Positions 12,714 through 27,366 of a stretch of 64,000 nucleotides of DNA are shown here, piece after piece (positions within the stretch are counted from its first letter, which is position 1; each line of letters begins with the position of its first letter). The notes under the pieces were generated by a model. That model was not told where the DNA came from. It saw only the letters and a program-made list of their open reading frames with translations, and searched no databases. The stretch covers positions 34,782,001 to 34,846,000 of the forward strand of contig OX597822.1 of NCBI GenBank assembly GCA_951406725.2, written 5' to 3'. This DNA is from Octopus vulgaris. Lineage: Eukaryota. Position numbers and translations under genes: made by a program.

Positions 12714-12946
12714 TATTTCTTTACTACCCACAAGGGGCTAAACATAGAGGGGACAACCAAGGACAGACAAACGGATTATGTCGATTACATTGACCCCCAG
12801 TGCGTAATTGGTACTTAATTTATCGACCCCGAAAGGATGAAAGGCAAAGTCAACCTCGGCGGAATTTGAACTCAGAATGTAACGGCAGACGAAATACGGC
12901 TACGCATTTCGCCCGGCGTGCTAACGATTCTGCCAGCTCGCCGCCC
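12714..12946 (-). mobile_element. SINE family B
   Basis: Full reverse copy; TSD gaatacatacactcgt. Confidence 0.9.
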
Positions 12947-15727
12947 TGAATACATACACTCGTGCTATGCTTAAATTCGACGTCTTGTTACAAATTTTAC
13001 GCTTACACACATATAACAATATATAACAATGTTCTAATAATATTTTGTTGTCTCGGGCAAAGCGTGCTAACTACGCCTATTATTGACATTATTTCCTTCT
13101 TGGTGACGAAACCGGGAAGATCATAAAGTGCGCCAGTGCACACACACACACACACATAAATATATATATATATATACTTCTCTCTCTCCGTATCTATCTA
13201 TTTATCTATCTTTCTATCTGTGTGTGTTTGTGTGTGCGCCCGCGTCTGAAGAAGTCTTTTGTTGTTGCCTCGATATAAAATTATAAATCTCTGCATAAAT
13301 ATAAAACGTAATAGAATACGGAAACTACAATCAAAATTTCACTTAGAAAAAACGCATTTGCATCTGTAATGTGGAAAAAAAAATGTTCCATTCTCTTGAC
13401 GTACGGCATTCTATTATGTTATACATGTTAGACTGAGGTGATAAGTTTGAATGAAAAGAATTACATTATGCTAAAATCACGATACCTTTCAAAATACATA
13501 CATGCCATTACATTCACGTTTTTTGCTGTTATAATTTTAGAAGGCTCCAATAGATTTCTGATATTTATTACATTGTCACTGGCATAACTCCAACTCAAAA
13601 TTTGTTGAGATGTAATGGATTGTCATTTCGGCACATGTATCGCAAAGCATTTCGTCTGATGCTTTAACGATTGTATCAATCGACCGCCATTGTTGACACC
13701 TAGTAATCGTTTATGATTTAGTCATGAGGTCAGAATTTTGGTGAGAGATACTTTATTCGTATCAAACCTTGAGAGATGAAAGGTAACGTTTACCTCGCCG
13801 GAATTTGAACTGAGTATGTAAAGACCGAGAAAAAATAACGCAAAGCCTTCTCTCTGACGCTCTAACGATTCTGCAAATGCATATTGCCAGCAATTAATAA
13901 TAGTATATAATATATTTACAAACTACAATCTAATCTCAATATAATGGTATATATGAGTTTTAAATGACCATCATAAATCTATCTCAATTCAATTGTCAAT
14001 TTTCTATTGTCCTTCTTTAAAAGAGAAGATCGACACAGATTTCACTTACCTTTCAATGACGTGCTGGACATTTTGCTGGAATAATTATCTAATATTGTAA
14101 CTATTAAATACAAATCATTCAACACCATGAAGCATAAAATTAAAATAAGCCAGGATATATAACAGTGTCCCAATGTATTTACGCAGAGTGTTTGTCAAAG
14201 TACTTTCAGTATTTTGTCTATTATTGAAAATATTCATTTTAACTGCGTTGTATAAAATTCAATTCAGTTTCTTCATATAGTATTAAAAAAAATATCCTTG
14301 TCAGTTGTTGGAATACGAAATACTAAATTATATATTACAAAGCGCTTTCCTAAATAGTAATTGATTTTTGGTCAGTCATTTCTTTATGAAGCTAATCGAT
14401 TTTTATTGCAGGAACATTAATATCGGTCTCTGGACATAGATTTATTTCAATTTGTGTGGCATATCATTCTTGTATTTCCTCTTTAAGGAAATCTACGCTG
14501 AAAATAATTAGTAAAACGAACAAAATACGCTCATAAATACAAAATTATGTGAGCTCAGTGGCAAATTTATATTTTACTATCATTTTCAAGAATCAAGCTA
14601 TTCACTATATCTCAGCATCGAGTTATTTTGCTTCATTCATTCAATAATTACGTTGGGAACAAATTAATGCTATTTTCTAGATCCAGTTTTATTCAATTTA
14701 ATTTTCTGAGTTTTCTTCTATGCATTTCCTGTCTAGAATTCTCATTAACGCTGACGAATTTTTCTTCTGATTAGAGTATTCCATGTATACCACTCCAATT
14801 CAGTCTCTACTTACTCACGCCATACCGTCGTCTTTTACAGTCTCTCTGTTCTCAGACACCTTCCAAAACACTTAACTCATTATTTCTTATTCAGCTTTCA
14901 ATTTCGCCCGGGAATTACTTCCACTGGAACAGTTTTTCCATAGACAAAGATTTACAAACAGTCGTTGGGTATATGGAAAACTTGTCTCCACAAAATTTAT
15001 TACTGCGCATATCAAGAAACACTTTGTATCTCACAACCTCAAAATTTCTACAAATGTGAACGCACATGATCTCTGTTCGTCTCTCATGGCAACTCCGCAT
15101 ATATTAAATTGGTAAGAATGTACCCCCATATCTCTGTATGTATCTACTACTTCAACCTTGGTGAGAGGCTATCTCTTCACAAAGTTCAAATGAAACCTAT
15201 TCTCAAATCAAATCCATATTCAAATCAAATCCATATTCAAATCAGGCCCATATCCAAGTCACACCCACACCTACACCCATGTCATACGGCCCATATTCAT
15301 ATCAGCCACATAAACACATCTCCATAAAAATACATTTAAGCATGTAGTTTTCCTTTCTAATTTTTCTGGGATTCTTTTGTTGTTGTTATTTGACCCCAAA
15401 CAGCCCTATTGATCACATGTGTAATAAAAATTATTCCAGCCATGTCCATCATATCTTTTCACGGTTTGCAGAGTCCCCATTGCTACATGCATTTGGGCCA
15501 GATCTGAGTTTTCAGAAAACTTTTTTCCATTCCGCCTTTCCACCCGCGTCAGAGATCCTATAACATACCAGAAGTATTGTGCTTCGTTCCAGACTATGTA
15601 ATAAAACAGAAAAGTGAGCAATTTAGGAAGAATTTGGCCGTTATTTCTCGCACTAGATATAACTAATCAAGGCTGCCTTGTTGTTAGTAATGAAAGTCAA
15701 AGTCGTTAAATGATATATATATATATA

Positions 15728-16127
15728 TCTTTATATATAAAAGAGAGGTTGTGTGCTGTCTGTCACCTACGATTTAGATTCCTAACTACTCCCACATTTT
15801 GCGGTGCAGTTTAACCAAAACCGGGTATCTTATAGTCGTGATTCATATCGAGTCCTTCTGGGTATTAGCGCGCGTCTACGATGAGTCTACGATTAAAAAA
15901 AAAAAATTACCATCAATTTTTCCCATTTCTAATGCATTTTTGACATATATAAGGGAAGTAACTCTCTAAAAATTTATTATTAAATCTCAGAACGTAAAAA
16001 GCTACAGTAACCCCCCCCCCCCTTTGTGGTTAGCCATAATGAGATGGCTATTATATTTTACATCACTAAAAATGCTTATATAGTTATTTCCCTTACAAAC
16101 CCGAGCAACGCCGGGCGATACTGCTAG
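15728..16127 (+). mobile_element. Non-autonomous Helitron
   Basis: Starts A|TC, ends CTAG|T, subterminal hairpin cccgagcaacgccggg, no TSD, sits in (TA)n; second copy at 60419-60913. Confidence 0.85.
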
Positions 16128-16139
16128 TATATATATAAA

Positions 16140-16545
16140 TTGTTGTTGGCATCCTTTTGTCTTGGGAGACAATGGAGTTACGCATAAACTAATCCAGTCT
16201 GTTTTTTACATTTCATGTCCTCTCCAGTTTCCTCTCCAGTTTAGCGCAGGCCTGGGCTAGATGTAAGAATATCCTGGGTAGCCCAATCGTCAGGATTCCT
16301 CTCTCGACCTTGCTGACGTAGTCCAAAGGAGTGCAGAGCATTACGTTTGGCACCAGCTTTGTTGCAGGAGGTGCCGGAAGAGTGTCGAGTTAAACACTAA
16401 ACCGCCTACAGGGCTCCGCTCCGGATTTCTTTGAAGGTTGTCTCCTTTCCGTATCCCTGGATAGGGACCAATACCGGGTACTGTCAGCCAGAGCCAGCTG
16501 AGCCCAGGACTCGCGTCAGGCAAGGTCGTCACTCCCTGAAGTAAG
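16140..16545 (-). mobile_element. Short RTE-derived non-autonomous (bipartite) element
   Basis: Reverse strand ends tccattgtctcccaagacaaaaggatgccaacaacaa, resembling RTE 3' ends, preceded by GC-rich 5'UTR-like sequence with no RT ORF. Confidence 0.55.
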
Positions 16546-16629
16546 GAAGAAAATCGTTATCCACTACCTACATATATATATATAGTTAAATGTTATATAT
16601 ATATATATATATGTGTGTGCGTGTGTGTT

Positions 16630-16672
<43 letters not shown>

Positions 16673-17056
16673 GTGTGGTGTGTGTGTGGCGTGTGTGTGT
16701 GCGCGCATGTGTGTACTCACACAAACAGACGATGAAAGAATTTGTGTATATCATAATTGAAAGCGTTGGACCTTGAAATCGAATATTTTCTGCCTGCTGT
16801 TAAAAAGTTAATTGGCCGAGTTGTTAGTGTTCGAGGAATTTTGAGATACTTTGCGGGTCCCTACATTCTGAATTCAAATCCCACTCACAAAAGAATTACT
16901 TTTATCCTTTCGAGGCCGATCAGATAAAATGACCGGCAACGTGGGTGCATAGTCAGAATTGAGTTGAAAGGGGTATCTTACGGTGTTTGTTTTGGCTCTT
17001 TGCCATCTCAGCACTTGGCTGCTAATTTAACCCATGACCCAAGTTAACACCAATAA

Positions 17057-17284
17057 CCTATTTCTTTATTACCCACAAGGGGCTAAACACAGAGGGGACA
17101 AACAAGGACAGACAAACGGATTAAGTCGATTAAATCGACCCCAGTGCGTAACTGGTACTTAATTTATCGACCCCGAAAGGATGAAAGGCAAAGTCGACCT
17201 CGGCAGAATTCGAACTCACAACGTAACGCAGACGAAATACCGCTAAGCATTTCGCCCGGTGTGCTAACGTTTCTGCCAGCTCGC
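17057..17284 (-). mobile_element. SINE family B
   Basis: Reverse copy; TSD taacaccaataacct. Confidence 0.9.
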
Positions 17285-17911
17285 TAACACCAATAACCTC
17301 TCCTTGAGTACCTGTTGCGGAATTCATTGCGTTTCAAACACTGGAGCTAGGTCTTCGGTTTATGTTCTGTTCTGTGTGTACCTTCTACAAATAACAGAGA
17401 CCTTGAAAAACACAAGGAATTTGTCTTCTAGCATAACGAATCTCATATTACTAAAATTTAATTGTTGTAAAATAGGAAGAGGCATGTGGAAGGTGATTAT
17501 ATGCATGTTAAAGAAAAATATTGTATTGATTGAAAACGTTAGGAAATATGTTCACGTTCGAGTTGAACAAAAGAATACGCGAGCAAGCTGTGTATAATAA
17601 AGTTAAACAGGAAGGTGAAGGTGGGAAAATCATCAGATTTGAAATGGAATGACACAAAAGATGATGCCGATTGGAACATCGTGTCTGATGATCCCAGTCT
17701 CGTTTGAAATTGCTAAACCTCTTTGAATTATCCTGATATATACTTATGAGACACGCATGCTATTCTCTATATGTTGCATAGTTAAATGTCCATAAACAAG
17801 CAAGAGCAAAATGATAAAGGCAATTTAGAACGGAAATTTGATATTAGGGGACGTTCTTCGGCGTTTCTCCCTGAAGGATTTTCATAAAGAAACAATCCTT
17901 TTTTATTTTAA

Positions 17912-17990
17912 AACACACACACACGCATATACATATATAGATCTAACTTTTATATATAGATAATATATATACCTAACACAAACACACGCG

Positions 17991-18052
<62 letters not shown>

Positions 18053-18103
18053 TATATATATATATACATACATATAACTTTTATATATATATATATTTAT
18101 ACA

Positions 18104-18152
<49 letters not shown>

Positions 18153-18365
18153 CATATAACTTTATATATATATATATATATATGCACATATATATATCTA
18201 TACATACATGTAACTTTTATATATATATATATATAATATACATGCACATATATACATATACATATATCTACACACACATTACATATATATATACATGCAC
18301 ATATATAAGGAGAAATCAAGAAATAGAGAAAGAGTCACACACACATGCACACACACACACATATA
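17912..18365. repeat. Compound (TA)n/(CA)n microsatellite array
   Basis: Direct reading. Confidence 0.9.
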
Positions 18366-18390
18366 AATGCACATCTCCACCTACATTCCA

Positions 18391-18568
18391 TATTGATTTC
18401 TTTACCATTTTATCAGAAACTGCTTTAATCGAAGTTAGCATAAACTATGGAAGTTAAACATCGATATGTCCATGTGTGTGTATGTGTATTAATATATATC
18501 GCTGTTTAACTTCTATACAATCTATGTTAACATCGATGGAAACATTTTCTGATAAAGATATATCAATA
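18391..18568. repeat. Imperfect inverted repeat (~70-bp arms)
   Basis: tttatcagaaa...gaagttaaacatcgatat pairs with atatcgctgtttaacttc...tttctgataaa. Confidence 0.7.
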
Positions 18569-18910
18569 CCAAATATAGAATAAAATATACATTTTTTATA
18601 CCATAAGTGTAACATCCGAAAGGAGCCGCCTTAAGCTACACGATATTCAGTTTTCTATGATAAAAAATAAATATACACACATATATGTTTATATATCTCC
18701 TTCCTCTCTCTCACTCTCTCTCTCTATATATACATATATATATATATAATGTAACATCATAGTATATGGTTCAGACGCTGGCTTTGCGCATTTAAAAATA
18801 ATATTAAATTCGATTTGTTTGACCAAAGACTAACATGACGGCAGTTCAATGACTGAAGCAAGTGTAAGATTAAGCATAAAAAATATGCACCCCCCCACAC
18901 ACACACGCAT

Positions 18911-18944
<34 letters not shown>

Positions 18945-19744
18945 GCACCTGCACGTGTGTGTGAACGCTTTCGTGTTCGTGTCCAGAAATATGATTGCCG
19001 ATGTCGTTTACTTTGCTTTCCCTTATGTCTCACGCATCTCCAGTTCGACAAACGGATATCATCAATAAAATACATACGCGGCTGTATTAAAATACTGGAA
19101 TCAATATAATCGATGAAAGATTCTTGAAGACGTTGCTCTGTTTCTAAGGGCAATGATTAAAAGCACCAACAGATTGAATAAAAATGGTCGTGTACTATAA
19201 TGGATTTAATAATCTTCACCACACAATTAATTGGTAATTCTTATATCGACGTTCAAGGAATTACTGTAAAAAGTGGCAGAAAATCTATTCCATGAGATCT
19301 GAAGACAGAATTCAATACTCAAAGTTACATTTAAATATTGAAGAACGATCAGTCAGCAGAACCATTAAAGTGAAACATTTCTCATAACTCGCTCCGTTCT
19401 TAATTCTATTCCCACCTTACACCCTTTTGTGTTTAATAAAAATAAAATCCCACTCAAATATCGGTCCCTATGACATTAACTTATACGCGCTCTGAAAAAA
19501 CGACTTACTTTATCACTAAACCAGATATTATTTCCAGATACTGATAAATATTTCTTCCTTTGGTCTAAGAGTTATTCAATCGACTAAATCGAGCCTAGTA
19601 TTTGACTATTTGTTATTTTTCGACCGCTGAAGTAAAGTATTGAAGTAAATCCCGGGTGTAACTTTTGAACTTAACAACGTTTAGATACCGCAACTCATTT
19701 AATTCATTACCCTTTTTACTCCGATATTTACGAGCCGTATTTAC

Positions 19745-20073
19745 GAAGGCGCATGGCTCAGTGGTTAGAGCATCGAGCTTACGATCGTGAGGTTGTGAGC
19801 TCAAATCCCTGACCGAGCTGCGTGTTGTGTTCTTGAGCAAGACACTTTATTTCACATTGTTACAGTTCACTCAGCTGCAGAAATGAGTTGCGACGTCACA
19901 GGTGCCAAGCTGTATCGACCTTTGACTTTCCCTTGGATAACAGGTAGAGAGGGGTGGCCGGTATGCATGGGCGACTGCTGGTCTTCCATAAACAGCCTTG
20001 CCCGGACTTGTGCCTGGGAGGGTAACATTCTAGGTGCAATCCCATGGTCTGTGTCGTGACCGAAGGGGGTCTC
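19745..20073 (+). mobile_element. SINE family D (tRNA-derived)
   Basis: A box tggctcagtggtt, B-box-like gagctcaaatcc, gttcttgagcaagacacttt; copies at 61887 and 63461. Confidence 0.9.
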
Positions 20074-20266
20074 AGATTTACGAGCCGTTTAATATGAATA
20101 CTACTTTTAACATCGGTTTCAAATTAGTGACACAGACCCAGTAATTACGAGGGAGGAGTTAAATCGAAAAAAAATCTGATCCCTTGATCAACTGGTACTT
20201 ATTTAATCGACCCCAAAAGAATGACAGGCTATACTTTTTTTAATATTGGTAGACTATAAGATGACG

Positions 20267-20566
20267 CTGGAGGCACATGGCCTAGTGGTTAGAGCAGCGG
20301 ACTCGCGGCCGAAGGATCGCGGATTCGAATCTCAGACAGAGCGATGTGAGTGTTTATGAGCGAAACACCTAAGCTTCACGCAGCTCCGACAGAAGGTAAT
20401 GGCGAATTTCTGCTGAATCTTTCGTCACAACTTTCTCTCACTCTTTCCTCCTGCGTCTAGCAGCTCACCTGCGACGGACCGGCGTCCCGTCCAGATGGGG
20501 AACCTATACGCCAAGGAAACCGGCTCTTATGAGCCAGGCGTGGCTCGAGAAGGAATAAACAACAAT
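20267..20566 (+). mobile_element. SINE family C
   Basis: tggcctagtggttagagcagcggactcgcgg...ggattcgaatctc; short aacaacaa tail. Confidence 0.9.
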
Positions 20567-20569
20567 AAG

Positions 20570-20950
20570 ACGACGAACTGGCAAAATGGTTAGCACTGCT
20601 CAACGGTATTTCGTCCGCCTTTACATTCCGAATTCAAATTGAGTCTTCATCATTTTGGGGTCGATAAAATAGTTCCAGTTGGGTACCGAGGTTGATGTAA
20701 TCAACTTACCCCGTCCACCGATACAGCTGGCTTTGTGTTCAAAGTATCAAATCAATATTAGCAGGTTTAAGGCGGCGAGCTGTCAGAATCTTCAGCACTC
20801 CGGGCAAAATATATAGCGGCATTTCGTCCATCTTTATCAAATGTCGTCGGAGTTGATTTTGCCTTTCATCCTTTCGGGATTGAAAAAATAATTACCAGTT
20901 ACGTCTTATCCTCTCCCTCGAAACTGTTGGTCTTGAGTCAAACTTTGAAG
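20570..20950 (+). mobile_element. Two degenerate SINE family B copies
   Basis: gaactggcaaaatggttagcac...ggggtcgataaaatag; second head taaggcggcgagctg at ~20768. Confidence 0.7.
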
Positions 20951-20964
20951 TCAATGTTCTTTTT

Positions 20965-21380
20965 ATACTCTATGCACAAGGCCCGAAACTTGGGGGAGGG
21001 GGGCAGTCGATTAGATCGCCCCCAGTACGTAACTGGTACTTAATTTATCAACTCCGAAAGGATGAAAGGCAAAGTCGACCTCAGCGGAACTCAGAACATA
21101 AACACAGACGAAAACCGCTAAGCATTTCGCCCAGCGTGCTAACATTTCTTATTTCTTTATTGCCCAGAAGCGGCTAAACATAGATGGGACAAACAAGGAC
21201 AGACAAAGGGATTAAGTCAATTACATCGACCCCAGTGCGTAACTGGTACTTAATTTATCGACCCCGAAAGGATGAAAGGCAAAGTCGACCTCGGGGGAAT
21301 TTGAACTCAGAACGTAACGGCAGACGAAATACCGCTAAGCATTTCACCCGGCGTGCTAACGTTTCTGCCAGCTCGCCGCC
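20965..21380 (-). mobile_element. SINE family B, dimeric
   Basis: Two reverse copies of the gaaaggatgaaaggcaaagtcgacc module, ending gccagctcgccgcc. Confidence 0.9.
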
Positions 21381-22036
21381 ATAGTTTCAAGTTAATATTG
21401 GTAGACGGCCACAAATTTATCGCAAAAATACCTCCCACTAACTGACTAGTATTAAAATTCATTAAAAAAATATTGAAATTTATCTTGAATTATTTTCAGT
21501 CATTAAGGAAATGTTGACAGCCAAAAATGATAGAGTGTTAAACTGAATAATTTAATATAACGTCCATGTTTACTCAAATGTAGATATGAATTGGACCCGA
21601 TCTGGAGAGCTAAAAATGATTACATTGCGTTACCAATCTAGAATGCTAACAACCATCAAGATAGTTTGGTCAGTGATTCAGTGTTGGAAGATAATATATA
21701 ATAATTAGAAGATACGTGTAAAAAGCTGAGGCTGGCGACTTATGATAAATAATATATAGTAACCGTTGTGTTATGAAAAGAACTGGAAGACATGAGAAAC
21801 AAGCAGTTACACACAATCATATACACACACACACATACATATTTTTGTATTTCATGTATTTAATATACTTAAATCTATTGACCTGTCAAACTTGCTCATC
21901 TTTACATTTATTTCACTACCCCCTCATGTTTAAATCTCTAGAGAACTGCTATGTATATTCTATAGGCAGAATATTTGATTTCCATTTATGAAATATATAT
22001 ATATATACATACGTATGTATGAGTGTCTTTATCTAT

Positions 22037-22109
<73 letters not shown>

Positions 22110-22361
22110 CATATATATATATATATGCTTGTGTGCATGTTTGAAAATTTGTGGTGTGTGTTTGTGTATGGTGTGTGTTCACGTTTATTGGTATCTGTAT
22201 GCCCACCACAGGCGCGTTCTTCTCCTTTCCTCTGTCTTTCAGAAAATGGCATCAGCCTTTTCTAGCATGTTCGTATTTTAATGAACATTTTGTTACGTTT
22301 GAGTCCTGTCGTGGTCAGATTTCCTCCAACGTTTTTCATCCACAAGATGTTGTGTCTAAGC

Positions 22362-22433
22362 GTACTATGCAAGTACAATATTATGGATATAAGCGGTATC
22401 GCTTATATCCATAATATTATACTTGCATAATAC
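22362..22433. repeat. Near-perfect 72-nt hairpin
   Basis: gtactatgcaagtacaatattatggatataagcg-gtat-cgcttatatccataatattatacttgcataatac; 34-bp arms, 2 mismatches. Confidence 0.9.
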
Positions 22434-25233
22434 TGTTTCGAAACACAGATACTGACAAAAAAAAAATTTGATTTTAACATTATATTGATGGTATAATTTT
22501 CCTTATGGTGTGTAGCTGTTTACTTGCAAATGAAAAAAGTTTCATATTACCAGAAATTAATGGAATTATAAAGAAAACCATTTGCCATACCTGAAACCAT
22601 TACCAAACCTTTCCATCTAAGACGTTAAATAAATATTCAACGGTGGCTCTCCCATAATTTTCTGGTGAATGTATAGATTCATGGGTAAATAGTCTGAGCT
22701 TATGTAAGAAAGAGCATTAGGCATACATCGATAACTAAACAGTCACTTTTTGTATTTATATATTGAATGGTTTCAGATATTACATAGCGTTATCTATTAC
22801 AGATATATATATGTATTTTTTTAAGCAAACCAAGAACAGTGTAGGTAAATATAAGTATAATAATATATTGCAAATGTATTTCTGATACACCATCTTAAAA
22901 AGTAAAGGTTTCTTTTTGCATTATAAAAATAGATAACTAAGGAACTCCGATATTTTATTTTTCATCGACACAAATCTTTTAGAAATTTCAGAGGAAAGTT
23001 ATTTTAAATGTTTTCAAGAATTGATGTACGCGATATCGATTGGATTTAATTGTAAATTGTCAGAATGTTTGCTATATATTCGATTATTACTATTGACCGA
23101 ATACAAAGCACAATCTATTCCCATGATGTAAATTAAATAGTTATTTACATTTTTCAACATTTAATTATTCTCCAGTTAGCAAATATCCATACGTCTTGTG
23201 ATAATCCTAGATTCAATTATCGGACTATATAAGAGAGAAATAATTACCAAGAAATAATAAATGTGTACTGGTACAGCAAATGAACGCATATAATAAGAAA
23301 TTGTCAGAAAAGAAATAAATATAAATTCACATATCAACATATCAATTAAACAATATTTCGTTTTGAAATAACACTGTCAGGAATTGATTATTGCTTTTCA
23401 GTTTGTCACAGAATTTTCCACGATGGATATGTCACGTATGAGTCGTGTATTGTGAATGACTAATGATCTTTCAATTCCTATTATGATTGTAATTCTCAAC
23501 ATATCTTTTTTAGTTGTGTACAATATAGTTTTATGCATCAATTGTATGTGTGAATGAAATTTGAGATAATATATCTAAATGCATCATATATGTTGTTTGT
23601 GTTGATTTAAAAGTAGAATTTGATCGAAATATTCATTGGAAAAACAAAATAAAATAATTTTATTGCTGGAAAGGATGAACCATAAATTCCTGCTGTTTTT
23701 ATTTTCTTTCTTTTTTTTTAGTAGTCCTTGAAAATTAATAACTGATCTTCTCCACAAGTAAACTAATATTTACACAAATGATGTAGGGAAAGGTTGTTCG
23801 CCGATTCCATCCACTCCAATATCTTCCTCTCAAACACAAATAAATAAATAATAAAAACATCTCCTAATGTTGCATATTAACCGAAGTAAGATTCCTAGCT
23901 GAACGGCAAGGAGAATTGGACATAATAGAGCATAATAGAAACATGTTTTCTTTCACGTGTCTCACCAACTTCCTTTCGATTTCTACAACCAAGGCAGCAT
24001 GACGTAAATTGGCCATGATTTTTTTCATTGGAAAAGATAAACATCTATCTCACGCTGAATTAAGGTTAGTGTTCTGAGTCGGAAATAAACAAACTTGCAG
24101 TCTAATGCCTTGAAATTTTGTAAGCATCACACTCTATAATAATATAAGAAAATTAGCATTTTCCCTGTATTATTTAACTAGGATAGGTTTTATAGCGCAG
24201 GATTATTTATATGGGTTACACTATATTTAAGACCTGATCTTTATGCTAGTACGCTTAGAGGTATTCAATACGTTGAACCTATCTTTCTCCTTATAAATGT
24301 TTATTTTCTCCTCAAAGCAATATTTTATGGATTCATTTGAGTTGTAGAAAAATGATATTTTAATATATATATATGATGATATTTGATATATTTGAATATT
24401 GAATATACTTGAAAATACCATTTCTTTGTGTAACAATGGTATTTGATTATATTATAATGAGACAGTATTGTAATTTTAGTAAAAAGAGAAAATATAACAA
24501 TTATGAAATACATTCTCTGTTGCAGGGACTCCACCCGTCTTTCACTAAATGATTCCTCTTTATATATTAATATAAACTGTCGGGTATTTGCCGTGGATAT
24601 AATGAAATAACAGTGAACATTTTCATTACGCTAATTTTCCCGTTGAGAATTGGAAATTCTGTCCATCTAGTTGAAGTTGATTTATGATCAGAATATATAG
24701 TCAAATAGGTGTTAAAGCTAAGAATGATAGATGTAAATACAGGAACAGATAAAGCTATACGGCTTCGATCCCATATGCAATAACTTAGGCTCCACTAGGA
24801 AAAAAGGTGTGGAACCAGGGTTTCATTAATAACTTCTAAATGGAATTTGGTAGAGGCTGAATGTACAGAAGTTCATCGGCCCCATGCATGCATGAATCCA
24901 TCCGTCTATCGACACATACATATATAAATACATACAATCATCTATCCACACATATATCCATCCGTCCACCCATCTATCCATATTTATATATAAAGGGAAT
25001 GAAAGTAAAAACAAAACACACACATTCACAGAGCAAGTATAATTTACCAACGTCAATAGTAAAACCAAGCTGATCAATGTTGAATCTTACACTTGAAATC
25101 TGTGAGAAAGAAGCAACATAAGAAGCCACGAGGAAGTGATTTCATAGTTTGTAATTGATATAGGATATTGATTTTATGTAGATAGTCACGTACAAATATA
25201 TTTTAAGGAAATATGGAAAGCCAGATTGATATT

Positions 25234-25597
25234 CTTTTCTACCCTAGGCACAAGGCCCGAAATTTTGGGGAAGGGAGCCAGCCGATTAGATTGACCCCAG
25301 TACGTAACTGATACTTAATTTATCGACCCCGGAATTTGAACACAGAACAAAGACAGATAAAATACCTATTTCTTAACTACCCACAAGGGGCTAAACACAG
25401 GGGACGAACAACGGCAGACAAACGTATTAAGTCGATTATATCGATCCCAGTACGCAACTGGTCCTTAATTTATCGACCCCAAAAGGATGAAAGGCAAAGT
25501 CGACCTCGGCGGAATTTGAACTCAGAACGTAACCGCAGACGGAATACCGCTAAGCATTTCGCCCGGCGTGCTAACGATTCTGCCAGCTCGCCGCCTT
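25234..25597 (-). mobile_element. SINE family B, dimeric
   Basis: Reverse copy; TSD aaagccagattgatatt. Confidence 0.9.
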
Positions 25598-25854
25598 AAA
25601 GCCAGATTGATATTGGAAACTGTCTTACCACATTCATGCTGTTAAAAATGATATCACTGCCTTAATAGAGAAATATAGACACAGAGCCTGCTTTAACTTA
25701 TGTACAAACGAACAAAAGCTGCCTCGTCCAATTCCTCCCAAACCACTGCGAATTTAAAGATATCGCTACTGATGTGTAGGCAGGTATAAAGAAAAGAGCT
25801 TGGGGATGAACGCAATAACTTGAGTAAATCTGTGTTGTCTAAAGTGTGAAAACA

Positions 25855-26150
25855 CTCCTTTACTCTTTTACTTGTTTCAGTCATTTGACTGCGGCCATGC
25901 TGGAGCACCGCCTTTAGTCGAGCAAATCGACCCCGGGACTTATTCTTTGTAAGCCCAGTACTTATTCTATCGGTTTCTTTTGCCGAACCGCTAAGTGACG
26001 GGGACGTAAACACACCAGCATCGGTTGTCAAGCGATGTTGGGGGGACAAACACAGACACACAAACACACACACATATATATATATACATATATACGACAG
26101 GCTTCTTTCAGTTTCCGTCTACCAAATCCACTCACAAGGCATTGGTCGGC
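25855..26150 (-). mobile_element. SINE family A, 5'-truncated
   Basis: Near-consensus body and tail; head missing. Confidence 0.9.
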
Positions 26151-27366
26151 ATTGGTCGTGACAGTATGGTTTTATCTTTATAGAAAGGCATTCGATACCA
26201 TTGCGTGATCATGCCACAGAGTCGCAGAGATTGCTTCGATGTAGCTTTGGATCGGGAGTTGTGAGACTTGGAAGTGATTGTGCTACCAGTGATAGTCCTA
26301 ACTGGACACAAACTGGGACTTCACCAACCCTAGCCCCGTTGCCTGGTTGAGAGTCTGATTCATAAAAGTCTCGAAACACCAAATGATTCCTACAGGAAAC
26401 ATCACATGATGATTAAGCTATAATTAATTAAAAATCTATGTACTTTTCGTCACGTGTGTCACGCCCGTTTTGTCATCCAGAATAGATGAAACCATTTAAT
26501 CGACGCCTATACAATTGGATCTCTCAATGTAATGAGTGTAGGAATGGAAAGATCTTCGAGATTTTAATTTAACGTTACGTACTCCTTTTCGCATTAAAAT
26601 GCACTGTAAATGATTGGAAAATAGTCGAAATTACTGTAAAGTAGGCATTGCTTGAAAACGCTTTTATTCTTCAGACTACAAGCATTAAATTCTTTACGTC
26701 TTGAAATTAGAACAAAAATCTTGAACAATATCTTTCATTTTAAACGAATTTGACGTTTTCGCATAAATCTTTTTTTTATATAAAATCGACGTACCATTCA
26801 CCTAAAGCTCTTACAATACCACTCAATCTAAGAGCACCATTGCATTTGTAATCGCTGAAAGTTGGAAATTTCTTTTCGTATATTGAATGTGAAATATTCA
26901 CTGTAAATATATAATCTTCCTTGTCAAGCAAAAACCATTTACCTGATGGAATTATTTTATCACAATTTCCTCCCTATAAGACAGCATTTTACTCTAAGAA
27001 ATTTACAAAATTGAATTTCTTTGTTTTATTTTTTAACTATCATTCCAACTTAGCTATATGCCATCACATTTCATTTTTACGAAACGTATATGCACATTAC
27101 CTTTTAGAATTGAAATCAAGCTGGCATTTAGATTTCAAATATTATTTCTTTCAGAAGTGAAATAAAATATTTTATCAAATTTATGTTTCATAGGCGCAGG
27201 CATAGCTGAGTATTTACATTGTAACGACATAGTTTCTGGTTTGGTCCCATGCGCAACATCTTGCGTAAGTGAATTCTACTATAGAACCGGATCGACGACA
27301 GCCTTGTGAATAGATTTGGTAGATAGAAACTGGAAGAGAATTCCTCCGTATGTATATATGTCTATA

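Noticed and set aside
8506-12946. Repeated units resembling a CRISPR-like or regular array
   Set aside because: Dispersed SINE copies in both orientations with individual TSDs, in eukaryotic DNA; no repeat-spacer periodicity
14700-15330. Cys/His-rich minus-strand fragments (HICRNF, CGDKFSIYPTTVCK); similar hints at ~36800-37680
   Set aside because: Could be decayed LINE ORF1 zinc fingers, but motif spacing is too degraded to support a call
19745-19820. tRNA-like sequences at SINE heads
   Set aside because: They continue into SINE bodies and lack a proper acceptor stem; not called as tRNA genes
21184-21384. Recurrent peptide RKDERQSRPRRNLNSER in several ORFs
   Set aside because: Antisense translation of SINE family B, not a gene family
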